Assembly: GCA_964016885.1 (NCBI GenBank)
Contig: OZ024742.1
Location: 360,282,001 to 360,346,000, forward strand
Direction: 5' to 3'
Origin: Eledone cirrhosa
Taxonomy: Eukaryota
Length of the DNA: 64,000 nt
In this document: positions 14,358 through 26,639 of the stretch, in pieces
How the letters are laid out: each line of letters opens with the position of its first letter
Position numbering within the stretch: position 1 is the first letter of the stretch
Translations under genes and position numbers: made by a program
The notes under the pieces: generated by a model
Seen by the model: only the letters and a program-made list of their open reading frames with translations
What the model was told of the DNA's origin: nothing
The model's database searches: none

Positions 14358-14520
14358 AACTGCTCTGTAAAACAACTGATGTTATTACATTGAGCTATTT
14401 ATCTTACTGGTAATAAGATAGTAATAAATTACTGTCTTTCACTATTTAGGGTTTAAAATATATATAACTATAAAAGGTTTTAGTATATACATAACCATAA
14501 ATAGTATCCTTAATACTATA

Positions 14521-14569
<49 letters not shown>

Positions 14570-14587
14570 ACACACACACATACACAC

Positions 14588-14714
<127 letters not shown>

Positions 14715-14731
14715 AAATCACACACACACAC

Positions 14732-14789
<58 letters not shown>

Positions 14790-14975
14790 GTTTGTATATA
14801 TATAATAAAACCAAAACAATCAATTTTTAAAGGGGTACGTCAATGTCTATTTATAAAACTGTAAGATATTGTATTTTGTCTGATGAAGGCATACCATAAT
14901 ATAACTTGGTATCCTTGAAATATATATAATGAAATAAATATGGTTTTATAAATATAGTTTCCATTTATTAATATC

Positions 14976-15078
<103 letters not shown>

Positions 15079-15111
15079 CATATATATACATATATATATA
15101 TATAAACACAC

Positions 15112-15187
<76 letters not shown>

Positions 15188-15194
<7 letters not shown>

Positions 15195-15860
15195 TATGTA
15201 TACGTACATACATATATGTATACAGACGCACAGTAGTAAGTATATATATATACATACATGCACACATATATATATGTACGTATGGATTCACCGAACATTT
15301 ATTATAATGCTCGGTGTGTTTGTAAACAAACATCCCGTATAAAGCCGTAGTGTCCAGCAACCATCGTTGCTCGTTTGTTCAACACTAACAAAGGAACGCT
15401 GTACTAGTTTCAAGGTTATTAGCTATCGTCAGCAACGTATACCTTCCTACCAGATTGTTGAACGTATATACTTACCTTATGCATATTAACGGCTGAGTAG
15501 CCCAATTTGCATATCGAATGGGATAATTGGCCGGGTGCACCGAAAACGATAAACGGAAAAAATGAAACGAAATTTCATTTCCCACTCTTAGTACGGCTGT
15601 TACTTAAATACGATGGTTGCTGGACACTACGGCTTAATACGGGATGTTTGTTTACAAACATACCGAGCATTATAATAAATGTTCGGTGAATCCATACGTA
15701 CATATATATATATATATATGTGCGTGTATGTATATATATATATACATACTACTGTACGTCTGTATAAATATAAGTATGTACGTGTACATACTTATATTTA
15801 AGTAACAGCCGTACTAAGAGTGGGAAATGAAATTTCGTTTCATTTTTTCCGTTTATCGTT
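15188..15860. mobile_element. Retrozyme-like element: about 420-nt circularly permuted monomer (15188-15610, -) plus inverted partial copy (15611-15860, +)
   Basis: HHR at 15396-15438 (-): acgttg-CTGACGA-(weak stem II)-GAAA-ctag-TA-cagcgt; the two monomer ends are contiguous in the inverted copy. Confidence 0.72.
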
Positions 15861-15999
15861 TATATATAGTAGAGTCCGTATATCTTGCTTTTCACTAACT
15901 CACCCCACTCTCTCCCCCTCTCTCACACACACATAGACTCTCTCCCCCTCTCTCTCTCTCTATATATATATATATACATATATACATATATATACATAT

Positions 16000-16053
<54 letters not shown>

Positions 16054-16217
16054 GTAGATAAATCTACCAAAAGTTTACGGTAGTGTCCAATCCGTATGAA
16101 GAACTCAATGTAATCCGGATATCATGGAAAGAAGAGATGCATTCAAAAATCACTTTCGGCGAAAGATAAACGGAATACAGAGTCAAGATAAATATATATA
16201 TATATACATATAAATAA

Positions 16218-16315
<98 letters not shown>

Positions 16316-16547
16316 GTATATATATTTCGTTTCTGAATTTGTTTAGCAAGATTCTTTATCTGAAATCGTGTGTTGAAACCGATATTGTTATACTTTGGGA
16401 GGGTCATGTTGCCAATAAGAAACACACGCACCAGTTGCTTTCACTTCAATTTATTATATATTTATAAATTTACAAATTTACAAATTTACAAACTTATAAA
16501 TTTCTGGTTGGTTGGTTGGTTCCACAACCAGATAGTTGTTTATATAT

Positions 16548-16592
16548 AGTCATAGTCCTTTCGTCACACACTCTGTGACCTCTTCAGTGACT
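16548..16592 (-). ncRNA. Minimal type-I hammerhead ribozyme in 3' pLTR
   Basis: Reverse complement of 22524-22568. Confidence 0.85.
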
Positions 16593-16893
16593 GGGGATTC
16601 CTCTCTTTGTTTCTGTGCTTTTCCTTTCTTCTATCCTACGCCATTTTGTTTCTGTGTGTGTGTTGTGTGCTCAGTTTGCGCATGCGCCACATCCGGGTGT
16701 CTGTGTGTGTTTGTGTTCATTTATCTATTTGTTTATTTATTTATTTATTTATTGTTGGTTGATTATTTGTTCTATGTGTGTGTGTGTTTTCATTTTGTCC
16801 TGTGTGTGTTTTCATTTTGTCCTTAATTGTAAGTTGTTTGTTCTATGTGTATGTGTGTTTTCATTTTGTCCTGTGTGTGTTTTCATTTTGTCC

Positions 16894-19800
16894 TTAATTG
16901 TAAGTTGTGATGTTGCTCTTCCACTCATATTTTCTATTTAATTTTGGTTTTAATTCTTTTATGCTTACTGCCTTTGTAATTTGCCTAAACATTGCGTCTT
17001 TTCTGTGTGTGGATTCTATTTTTATTTCTATGCTCTCTAATCTACCCCTGTGTTCTATCTTAGCATGTTGGTAGAGCACAGATGATTCTTTATTATCTTG
17101 GAGGTCTCGCCAGTGTTCATTTATTCGTTCCCCTATACTACGAGCTGTCTCACCTATGTACACTATATTTTTGTTTCTACATTTTCCTTCAGTACATCTT
17201 ATGCTATACACTACATTTCTAGTTTTACAGTTAATATGGGGGCTTATTTTACAGGTTATACATTTCTTATCTATACATGAGGGTCTTTGGAACGGGTATG
17301 TCTTGCTAATAAGTGTTTTTACGGAGGTACCTGGTCTTTCTACTATCTTAATATTGAGATTATGTTTATTTAGGGCCCTTCTAAATTTGTAGACTAGTTC
17401 GCCTCTAGGGGTTGTATTGATAAACATTACACTCTGGTATTTATTGCTATCATACCATGAGTTTATTCTATTGGCCTTGTTCCTAGTTCTTTCTATTCTA
17501 TTCCAAAATTTGCTCCTATACAAGGGGCAGGTCCCATTTATGTCATTATTTACCATTTTTTCCCATTTGGTTCTGGCTCCTTTATACACTCTGATTCTAT
17601 CTCTCTGATTGTAGCCAGAGAACTGCATACAGTGGATGAAGTGTTGTATGTGTCTCTCTAGTTCTTCAGGGTTGCACATGCGGGACACATTTCTCATCAC
17701 CCGTACCAAATCCGCAATCAGTATGTTGATTTTGGTATGGTCCGAAATGGCCGAGTTTCGGTGGATCAGATGTTTGGAAGTCATGGGTTTGGCATAATGG
17801 GAATGGAAGATTTGTTTTTGATTGTTAATGGTATCTAACCAGAGCTCTGTGTCTAGTACAGGTAATCGATGGTTGGGGTGTTTACTTGGGTAGTCTATAG
17901 TAACTCTAATGCTCTGGTGGATGGAGTTTGCTATTTGCTGGATGCTTTCCATTGTGTTTTTCTCTAGTTCCTGACTGTTCTTTAGTGGGGGTGTCTTAAC
18001 TACGATGTTTATATCATCTACGTAGCGGGAGTACATTATCAGGGTTAAGCTGTCTTCTAATTGTTCATTAAGTTTTTGTTTAAGTCTACTGTCCCACCAT
18101 ACCATGAATAAGTTAGCTATGTCGCCTGCAATGCTAACACCAATGGCTGCTCCTTCCTCTTGGGCATATGTTTTACCATTAAATTTGAACATATGTTCCT
18201 TAAGGGTTAATTTTATGCTGGCCCCTACCGCATGTGCAATCATTTTCTTCAGTTCATCGTTGTTTTCGGGTGTCCGTATGGCTCTGGTCCACCCGTTCCA
18301 TCTATCTGTGTGGGTTTTCTTGGCCATTGAGGTAATGGTAGGTGGTCTGCCCCTTGCTGGTCTTGTAGGGCACAGGTTGCTAAGGTCATAAGTGTCTAGG
18401 TAACTATTACTATGGGTAAGCTTAAGTAGAAGTCCCAGCTCACTGGTATCAATCCCACGGAACTCAACTTTGCTCTCGCTGATCATTTCTACGCATTTCT
18501 CCACAGCAAAATCCACGTCAATAGATGGATACAGGGACACAACATCCATACTGCCTATTATGCAGTTTGTTAGGTTCCCAGATCGGTTACCCGCGCCGAT
18601 TCTGCTGAGGAGGTCCTCCGTGCTGTCACACACATCTGGGGACATCTCAATGATGGGGCGTATGATCAGGGAGAGGAAGTAAGACAGTCTGTAGTTACTA
18701 GCAATGTTAGCCCCACAGACTGGCCGTGTTGGTGGTCCCGCGACAGGGTCCCAGCCCGTTTTATGGTCTTTTCGAAGCACATACAACGCCGGCACGTCAT
18801 TGTTCCAGGCCTGGAAGTTGTTGGCAGTCCTTTTGTTGGGCTGCATTATATTCGTCCACATCACCATATGGGCATTGAGGGCTTTTTCTCTATCCTCATG
18901 CTCCTGTGGTGTTACCTCTCTTGTGTTAGTGATGTGGGGTTGCATTGCCTGGATGTAGTTTGGCAGGCTGTCAACCGACATTCTGCCAGACTTGTCTGTT
19001 GGAAAACATGCTATCTCTCCATTACGCGAGCGTTGCATGAGCTTACGCAAGCCATTTGCAGATTCTTCTCCCAGTTGCTGGGCCGCTATTCTATTATGCT
19101 TCTTGCTATACTGTTCTATAATATTTCTAAGTTCGGATTTAGCTATACTAAATTGTGCTTCTGTTTGTTCATCGACCTGCGACGGCAACTGCGTGCGTTT
19201 GTTAAATGGCAAAGTCGTGGCGTGGACTCGTCGCAGGTCGAATGATTTATCGGAGGGGTTATAAAACGGAGAGTTCCAGGCTGCTGCTTTATGTGTACTA
19301 GTGCTATTATTATTTTTAGTTGTGTTGTTTCTATTTCTATTTCCACCAACAGCCTCATGGTTGTTTCTATGTCTCTCATAATTACTCCTGTCTCTTTCCA
19401 CTGGCTCAATGTTGTTATCTACCCTATTTTGTGTGTCTGTGTGTTCGTCTTGGTTATTCTCTTTGTCCTTAGTCTCCCATCTCCTTTTCCTTTTAATCCT
19501 ATTACTTTCTCTTATTTCTCTGATTTCTGTGCTACTGTCATTACTTGTTTTCTGTGTCTGTGTGTTTGTTAAGATTGTGGTGGTGGTGAGAGGCATTGAA
19601 TGCGTGTGTGTTGTTGTTGTTGATGTGTGTTGTTGTTGATGTGTGTTGTTGTTGTCTCCGTGTGTGTTATCGTTGTTGTGTGTGTTGTTATTGTTGTTTG
19701 TGTCTGCGTGTCTGTTGTTGTTGTATCTGGGTATGTTGCTATTGTTGTTGTTGGTGTGTGTGTTGTTGTTATTGTTGTCTCCGTGTGTGTTATCGTTGTT

Positions 19801-20700
19801 GTGTGTGTTGTTATTGCTGTTTGTGTCTGCGTGTCTGTTGTTGTTGTTGATGTGTGTGTTGTTATTGTTGTTTGTGTCTGTGTGTCTGTTGTTGTTGGGA
19901 TGTGTGTTGTATATGTGTGTGCGTATATTGTTGCTTTTGTTTTTGATGCTCCAGCGTAGTTTTGTAAATGATTTTTCTATTTCTGACAGACAACTAATCA
20001 TATTTACCTTCTTGAATGTCGCAAATTTGGGTGGCAGACATAACACAGACATTTCATTATTATCTATTTCCGTGTTTCCATAAATGTTGGTATTTTCGTT
20101 GTTGAACTCTTCTGATAATGAGGTGTCGGCCATGTTGATACCGTCAATTTTGTCGGGATATCTATTGGTATACTCTATAGTATCCCGATTTAGCTTTGCC
20201 TGTTTAAGCCACTTTAGTTTTTTGTTAAAGTGCTTATCACATTCTTGAGTAATGTACTGTTCTTCGGGGCGTATAAGGCTTATAAATATTAGTTTTTCTG
20301 TTGGTGTGGTGATTTTAGCTACTTCTTGTATTAGGTTACGCTTTTGTTTTTCTTGATGACTTAATTCTCTATAGATCTTCTTTTTTATGTTTAGAATTAA
20401 AGTTCGTTTTAGCCTATCTGCTTGTTTTTTGGTGAGTTGTAATCTTCTAACGTCGGTATTGATGGTGTTGGTGTAGAATCTAGAAGTGGTGCACAGTTTT
20501 ATGAAGTGTAGTTGTCGAGATGTTATGGTTTTTCGTAGACAACAGAACATGGGGGTTTTCAGTATCTTGTTAGCCTGGCTAAGGCTTACGATATTTCGTT
20601 TCTGAATTTGTTTAGCAAGATTCTTTATCTGAAATCGTGTGTTGAAACCGATATTGTTATACTTTGGGAGGGTCATGTTGCCAATAAGAAACACACGCAC
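16894..20700 (-). CDS. PLE polyprotein: N-terminal region, Asn/His/Thr-rich linker, reverse transcriptase, CxxxxCxxC linker, C-terminal GIY-YIG endonuclease
   Basis: Motifs PTDKSG, RKDHK, TRPVCGA, SMDVVSLYPSID, QEEGAAIG, YSRYVDD, LPVLD, YAKPM, CIDKKCITC, VVYSIRC...YIGET.RS..ER..EH, LNRKYEW. The track start is GTG; the first in-frame ATG is at 20676. Confidence 0.93.
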   Translation of the reverse strand: MRVFLIGNMTLPKYNNIGFNTRFQIKNLAKQIQKRNIVSLSQANKILKTPMFCCLRKTITSRQLHFIKLCTTSRFYTNTINTDVRRLQLTKKQADRLKRTLILNIKKKIYRELSHQEKQKRNLIQEVAKITTPTEKLIFISLIRPEEQYITQECDKHFNKKLKWLKQAKLNRDTIEYTNRYPDKIDGINMADTSLSEEFNNENTNIYGNTEIDNNEMSVLCLPPKFATFKKVNMISCLSEIEKSFTKLRWSIKNKSNNIRTHIYNTHPNNNRHTDTNNNNNTHINNNNRHADTNSNNNTHNNDNTHGDNNNNNTHTNNNNSNIPRYNNNRHADTNNNNNTHNNDNTHGDNNNTHQQQHTSTTTTHTHSMPLTTTTILTNTQTQKTSNDSSTEIREIRESNRIKRKRRWETKDKENNQDEHTDTQNRVDNNIEPVERDRSNYERHRNNHEAVGGNRNRNNTTKNNNSTSTHKAAAWNSPFYNPSDKSFDLRRVHATTLPFNKRTQLPSQVDEQTEAQFSIAKSELRNIIEQYSKKHNRIAAQQLGEESANGLRKLMQRSRNGEIACFPTDKSGRMSVDSLPNYIQAMQPHITNTREVTPQEHEDREKALNAHMVMWTNIMQPNKRTANNFQAWNNDVPALYVLRKDHKTGWDPVAGPPTRPVCGANIASNYRLSYFLSLIIRPIIEMSPDVCDSTEDLLSRIGAGNRSGNLTNCIIGSMDVVSLYPSIDVDFAVEKCVEMISESKVEFRGIDTSELGLLLKLTHSNSYLDTYDLSNLCPTRPARGRPPTITSMAKKTHTDRWNGWTRAIRTPENNDELKKMIAHAVGASIKLTLKEHMFKFNGKTYAQEEGAAIGVSIAGDIANLFMVWWDSRLKQKLNEQLEDSLTLIMYSRYVDDINIVVKTPPLKNSQELEKNTMESIQQIANSIHQSIRVTIDYPSKHPNHRLPVLDTELWLDTINNQKQIFHSHYAKPMTSKHLIHRNSAISDHTKINILIADLVRVMRNVSRMCNPEELERHIQHFIHCMQFSGYNQRDRIRVYKGARTKWEKMVNNDINGTCPLYRSKFWNRIERTRNKANRINSWYDSNKYQSVMFINTTPRGELVYKFRRALNKHNLNIKIVERPGTSVKTLISKTYPFQRPSCIDKKCITCKISPHINCKTRNVVYSIRCTEGKCRNKNIVYIGETARSIGERINEHWRDLQDNKESSVLYQHAKIEHRGRLESIEIKIESTHRKDAMFRQITKAVSIKELKPKLNRKYEWKSNITTYN

Positions 20701-20816
20701 CAGTTGCTTTCACTTCAATTTATTATATATTTATAAATTTACAAATTTACAAATTTACAAACTTATAAATTTCTGGTTGGTTGGTTGGTTCCACAACCAG
20801 ATAGTTGTTTATATAT

Positions 20817-20861
20817 AGTCATAGTCCTTTCGTCACACACTCTGTGACCTCTTCAGTGACT
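20817..20861 (-). ncRNA. Minimal type-I hammerhead ribozyme in internal pLTR
   Basis: Reverse complement of 22524-22568, just upstream of the long ORF. Confidence 0.85.
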
Positions 20862-21180
20862 GGGGATTCCTTTCTTTGTTTCTGTGCCTTTCCTTGTTTC
20901 TGTGCCTTTCCTTTCTTCTATCCTACGCCATTTTGTTTCTGTGTGTGTGTTGTGTGCTCAGTTTGCGCATGCGCCACATCCGGGTGTCTGTGTATGTTTG
21001 TGTTCATTTATCTATTTGTTTATTTATTTATTTATTTATTGTTGGTTGGTTGTTTGTTCTATGTGTGTGTGTGTTTTCATTTTGTCCTGTGTGTGTTTTC
21101 ATTTTGTCCTGTGTGTGTTTTCATTTTGTCCTTAATTGTAAGTTGTTTGTTCTATGTGTGCGTGTGTTTTCATTTTGTCC

Positions 21181-22153
21181 TTAATTGTAAGTTGTGATGT
21201 TGCTGTTCCACTCATATTTTCTATTTAATTTTGGTTTTAATTCTTTTATGCTTACTGCCTCTGTAATTTGCCTAAACATTGCGTCTTTTCTGTGTGTGGA
21301 TTCTATTTGTATTTCTATGCTCTCTAATTTACCCCTGTGTTCTATCTTAGCATGTTGGTAGAGCACAGATGATTCTTTATTATCTTGGGGGTCTCGCCAG
21401 TGTTCATTTATTCGTTCCCCTATACTACGAGCTGTCTCACCTATGTACACTATATTTTTGTTTCTACATTGTCCTTCAGTACATCTTATGCTATACACTA
21501 CATTTCTAATTTTACAGTTAATATGGGGGCTTATTTTACAGGTTATACATTTCTTATCTATACATGAGGGTCTTTGGAACGGGTATGTCTTGCTAATAAG
21601 TGTTTTTACGGAGGTACCTGGTCTTTCTACTATCTTAATATTGAGATTATGTTTATTTAGGGCCCTTCTAAATTTGTAGGCTAGTTCGCCTCTAGGGGTT
21701 GTATTGATGAACATTACACTCTGGTATTTATTGCTATCATACCATGAGTTTATTCTATTGACCTTGTTCCTAGTTCTTTCTATTCTATTCCAAAATTTGC
21801 TCCTATACAAGGGGCAGGTCCCATTTATGTCATTATTTACCATTTTTTCCCATTTGGTTCTGGCTCCTTTATACACTCTGATTCTATCTCTCTGATTGTA
21901 GCCAGAGAACTGCATACGGTGGATGAAGTGTTGTATGTGTCTCTCTAGTTCTTTAGGGTTACACATGCGGGACACATTTCTCATCACCCGTACCAAATCC
22001 GCAATCAGTATGTTGATTTTGGTATGGTCCGAAATGGCCGAGTTTCGGTGGATCAGATGTTTGGAAGTCATGGGTTTGGCATAATGGGAATGGAAGATTT
22101 GTATTTGGTTGTTAATGGTATCTAACCAGAGCTCTGTGTCTAGTACAGGTAAT
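21181..22153 (-). pseudogene. 5'-truncated second copy of the PLE ORF (RT thumb + GIY-YIG)
   Basis: Nearly identical to 16894-17866; the frame runs from LPVLDTELW to the stop and is cut at the inversion junction. Confidence 0.92.
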
Positions 22154-22419
22154 TAAATAGAAAATATGAGTGGAACAGCAACATCACAACTTACAATTAA
22201 GGACAACATGAAAACACACACAGGACAAAATGAAAACACACACACACATAGAACAAACAACTTACAATTAAGGACAAAATGAAAACACACACAGGACAAA
22301 ATGAAAACACACACAGGACAAAATGAAAACACACACACACATAGAACAAACAACCAACCAACAATAAATAAATAAATAAATAAACAAATAGATAAATGAA
22401 CACAAACATACACAGACAC

Positions 22420-22477
22420 CCGGATGTGGCGCATGCGCAAACTGAGCACACAACACACACACAGAAACAAAATGGCG
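22420..22477 (+). promoter_or_regulatory. Putative pLTR internal promoter (ETS-, NRF1- and YY1-like motifs)
   Basis: CCGGATGT 22420-22427, GCGCATGCGC 22429-22438, CAAAATGGCG 22468-22477, about 50-100 nt upstream of the HHR; present in all three pLTRs. Confidence 0.5.
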
Positions 22478-22523
22478 TAGGATAGAAGAAAGGAAAGGCA
22501 CAGAAACAAAGAAAGGAATCCCC

Positions 22524-22568
22524 AGTCACTGAAGAGGTCACAGAGTGTGTGACGAAAGGACTATGACT
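22524..22568 (+). ncRNA. Minimal type-I hammerhead ribozyme in inverted pLTR
   Basis: agtca-CTGAAGA-g-gtcaca/gagtg/tgtgac-GAAA-ggac-TA-tgact: 5-bp stem I, 6-bp stem II, vestigial stem III. Confidence 0.85.
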
Positions 22569-22737
22569 ATATATAAACAACTATCTGGTTGTGGAACCAA
22601 CCAACCAACCAATCAGAAATTTATAAGTTTGTAAATTTGTAAATTTGTAAATTTATAAATATATAATAAATTGAAGTGAAAGCAACTGGTGCGTGTGTTT
22701 CTTATTGGCAACATGACCCTCCCAAAGTATAACAATA

Positions 22738-22817
<80 letters not shown>

Positions 22818-22838
22818 ATATATATATATGTATATATA

Positions 22839-22886
<48 letters not shown>

Positions 22887-22936
22887 CACCATCTGCCAAA
22901 AGAATGATTACTATATCGATTATATTCCTTTTGTCG

Positions 22937-23241
22937 ATTCTACTTTACTCCCAGTTCATCATCATTACCATCATCATTACCATCATCATTACCATCATCA
23001 TCATCATCATTACCATCATTACCATCATCATCATCATCATCATTACCATCATCATTACCATCATCATTACCATCATCATTACCATCATCATCATCATCAT
23101 TACCATCATTACCATCATCATCATCATCATCATTACCATCATCATTACCATCATCATCATCATCATTACCATCATTACCATCATCATCATCATCATCATT
23201 ACCATCATTACCATCATCATCATCATTACCATCATCATTAC

Positions 23242-23274
<33 letters not shown>

Positions 23275-23866
23275 ATTCCCGTTACTTTAGACGCACATAC
23301 ACACAGTAAAGAAAGAAAGAAAGAAAGAAAGAAAAAAGGAAAGAAAGGAAAGAAAGAAAAAAGGAAAGGAAGAGAGAGAGAAAGAAGGAGAGAGAGAAAG
23401 AAAGAAAGAGAGAGAGAGAAGGAGAGAGAGAAAGAAGGAGAGAGTGAAAGAAAGAGAGAGAGAAAGAAGGAGAGAGAGAAAGAAAGAGAGAGAGAGAAAG
23501 AAGGAGAGAGAGAAAAAAGGAGAGAGAGAAAAAAGGAAAGAGAGAAAGAAGGAGAGAGAGAAAGAAGGAGAGAGAGACAGAAGGAGAGAGAGAGAGAAAG
23601 AAGGAGAGAGAGAGAAAGAAGGAGAGAGAGAAAGAAGGGGAGAGAGAGAAAGAAGGAGAGAGAGAAAGAAGGAGAGAGAGACAGAAGGAGAGAGAGAGAG
23701 AAAGAAGGAGAGAAAGAAAGAGAGAGAGAGAGAAAGAAGGAGAGAGAGAAAGAAGGAGAGAGAGAGAAAGAAGGAGAGAGAGAGAAAGAAGGAGAGAGCG
23801 AAAGAAGGAGAGAAAGAGAAGGAGAGAGAGAAAGGAGAGAGAGAAAGAAGGAGAGAGAGAAAGAAG

Positions 23867-23897
<31 letters not shown>

Positions 23898-25526
23898 AGA
23901 GAGAGAGAAAGAAAGAGAGAGGTTATATCTGCAGTCAACAGGAATTCTCCCATGACATGGTCCTTTCCATTTCTGTCTCATTTTCTTTACTTCACAACAA
24001 ATTGTTTCACACACACACTGACATACACACACTCTCACACACACGCACACACACACGCACACACACTGACATACACATACACACACACTGACATACACAC
24101 ACTCTCACACACACGCACACACACTGACATACACATACACACACACTGACATACACACACTCTCACACACACGCACACACACACGCACACACACTGACAT
24201 ACACATACACACACACTGACATACACACAATCTCACACACATACACACACACAAATACACACACTGACATACACATACACACACACTGACATACACACAC
24301 TCTCACACACACGCACAGACACTGACATACACATACACACACACTGACATACACACACTCTCACACACACGCACACACACACGCACACACACTGACATAC
24401 ACATACACACACACTGACATACACACAATCTCACACACATACACACACACAAATACACACACTGACATACACATACACACACACTGACATACACACACTC
24501 TCACACACACGCACACACACAAATACACACACTGACATACACATACACACACACTGACATACACACACTCTCACACACACACACACACATACACATACAC
24601 ATACACACACACTGACATAAACATACGCACACCCTGACATACACACACTCTCACACACACGCACACACACAAATACGCACACTGACATACACATACACAC
24701 ACACTGACATACACACACTCTCACACACACGCACACACACTGACATACACATACACACACACTGACATACACACACTCTCACACACACGCACACACACAC
24801 GCACACACACTGACATACACATACACACACACTGACATACACACAATCTCACACACATACACACACACAAATACACACACTGACATACACATACACACAC
24901 ACTGACATACACACACTCTCACACACACGCACACACACACGCACACACACTGACATACACATACACACACACTGACATACACACAATCTCACACACATAC
25001 ACACACACAAATACACACACTGACATACACATACACACACACTGACATACACACACTCTCACACACACGCACACACACATACACACACTGACATACACAT
25101 ACACACACACTGACATACACACACTCTCACACACACGCACACACACAAATACACACACTGACATACACATACACACACACTGACATACACACACTCTCAC
25201 ACACACACACACACATACACATACACATACACACACACTGACATAAACATACGCACACCCTGACATACACACACTCTCACACACACGCACACACACAAAT
25301 ACGCACACTGACATACACATACACACACACTGACATACACATACACACACACTGACATACACACACTCTCACACACAGACACATACACACTCATACATAC
25401 ACACACTCACACACGCACATTCACTCACACACACATACACACACACACGCACACATACACAATCACATACATGCACTCACATACATTCATATACACACAC
25501 TCACACTCACACACACACACACACAT

Positions 25527-25545
<19 letters not shown>
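22937..25545. repeat. Adjacent simple repeats: (CAT/TAC)n 22937-23274, GA-rich 23307-23920, CA-rich repeat with about 70-bp higher-order unit 24009-25545
   Basis: Direct reading; the ORF-track offsets show the 70-bp period. Confidence 0.92.
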
Positions 25546-25611
<66 letters not shown>

Positions 25612-25726
25612 TATATATATATATATATGTATATACATATATATACACACACATATATATATATATATGTGTGTGTGTGTGTATATATATAAATATATAT
25701 ATATATATATAAATATATACACACAC

Positions 25727-25759
<33 letters not shown>

Positions 25760-26034
25760 TATATATATATATGTGTGTGTGTGTGTGTATATATAAATAT
25801 ATATATGTATATATATATACACATATATATATGTATATATGGGGGAGGGGGTGCTTATGTGTAGTGTGTGTATGTGTGTGTGTGTGTGTGTACAATAAGT
25901 GTTATGTGTGTAGTGTATGAACTATAATAGAACCTAGCTGGGACCAGGGGAAGGTGACGGTGCCGAATGTTTGGAGAGATTTCATGAGATGTAGAAACCC
26001 TTCATCATATGTTATAAATATATGTAATATATAT

Positions 26035-26370
26035 AATTGTTTCTACTTTTGGCACAAGGCCAGCAATTATTTCAGTGTATTACTGGTACTTTATTTTATC
26101 AGCCCCGTAAGGATGAAAGGCAAAGTTAACATCGGCGGGATTTGAACTCAGACCATAAAGGGCCGTGACTCTATGCTGCAAAGCATGGCGTCCGGCCCTC
26201 TAGCGACACTGCCAATCTACAATGGCGGTGAATTGGCAGAACGTTGGATGGAGTACCTTGTGGTATTTGTTCCGGATCTGTGAGTTCAAATCCCTCCGAG
26301 GTCAACTTTGTCTTTCATCCTTTCCAGGTCGAATATAAAAAGTACCAGTCTTGTACTGGGGTCGATTCTT
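26035..26370. mobile_element. Two divergent Deu/Nin-like SINEs
   Basis: Inverted copy of the 6578-6872 pair. Confidence 0.75.
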
Positions 26371-26639
26371 CCTCTATATCTCTTTCTTACTTCATTTCTA
26401 TCACCCTCCCTCTCTATCCGACGATGGGGGAAATAGGTTGTTTTCGAACCTGGGATATGTTCAGCTAGGTTTTAATGCCCATGAAACACCGTATGACACT
26501 AAGGTGTCCTTGGAACCCAATCAGGAGGTATGGGTTCACACAATAGAGTTTTAGATTGCTGACCTTGTGCCAAAAATAGAAACAATTATTAATCTGGTGT
26601 CTTGAACTTAACTTAAAGTTTCTTATATAAAAACATGAT

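Larger units (their letters stand above)
16322..22738 (-). mobile_element. Penelope-like retroelement (probably Naiad-type): full ORF + pLTR, 5'-truncated tandem copy, and inverted pLTR copy, inserted in (TA)n
   Basis: RT + GIY-YIG ORF; 16322-17866 is repeated directly at 20591-22153; the ORF tail + pLTR is repeated inverted at 22151-22738; both outer ends abut (TA)n. Confidence 0.95.

Noticed and set aside
16091-16175. tccgt-ATGAAGA...GAAA-gataa-acgga HHR-like remnant
   Set aside because: Core and cleavage site are both non-canonical; too degenerate to call
16600-16893. SECIS element or selenocysteine recoding, as reported for some Naiad PLEs
   Set aside because: No in-frame TGA in the ORF and no convincing SECIS hairpin in the 3' UTR
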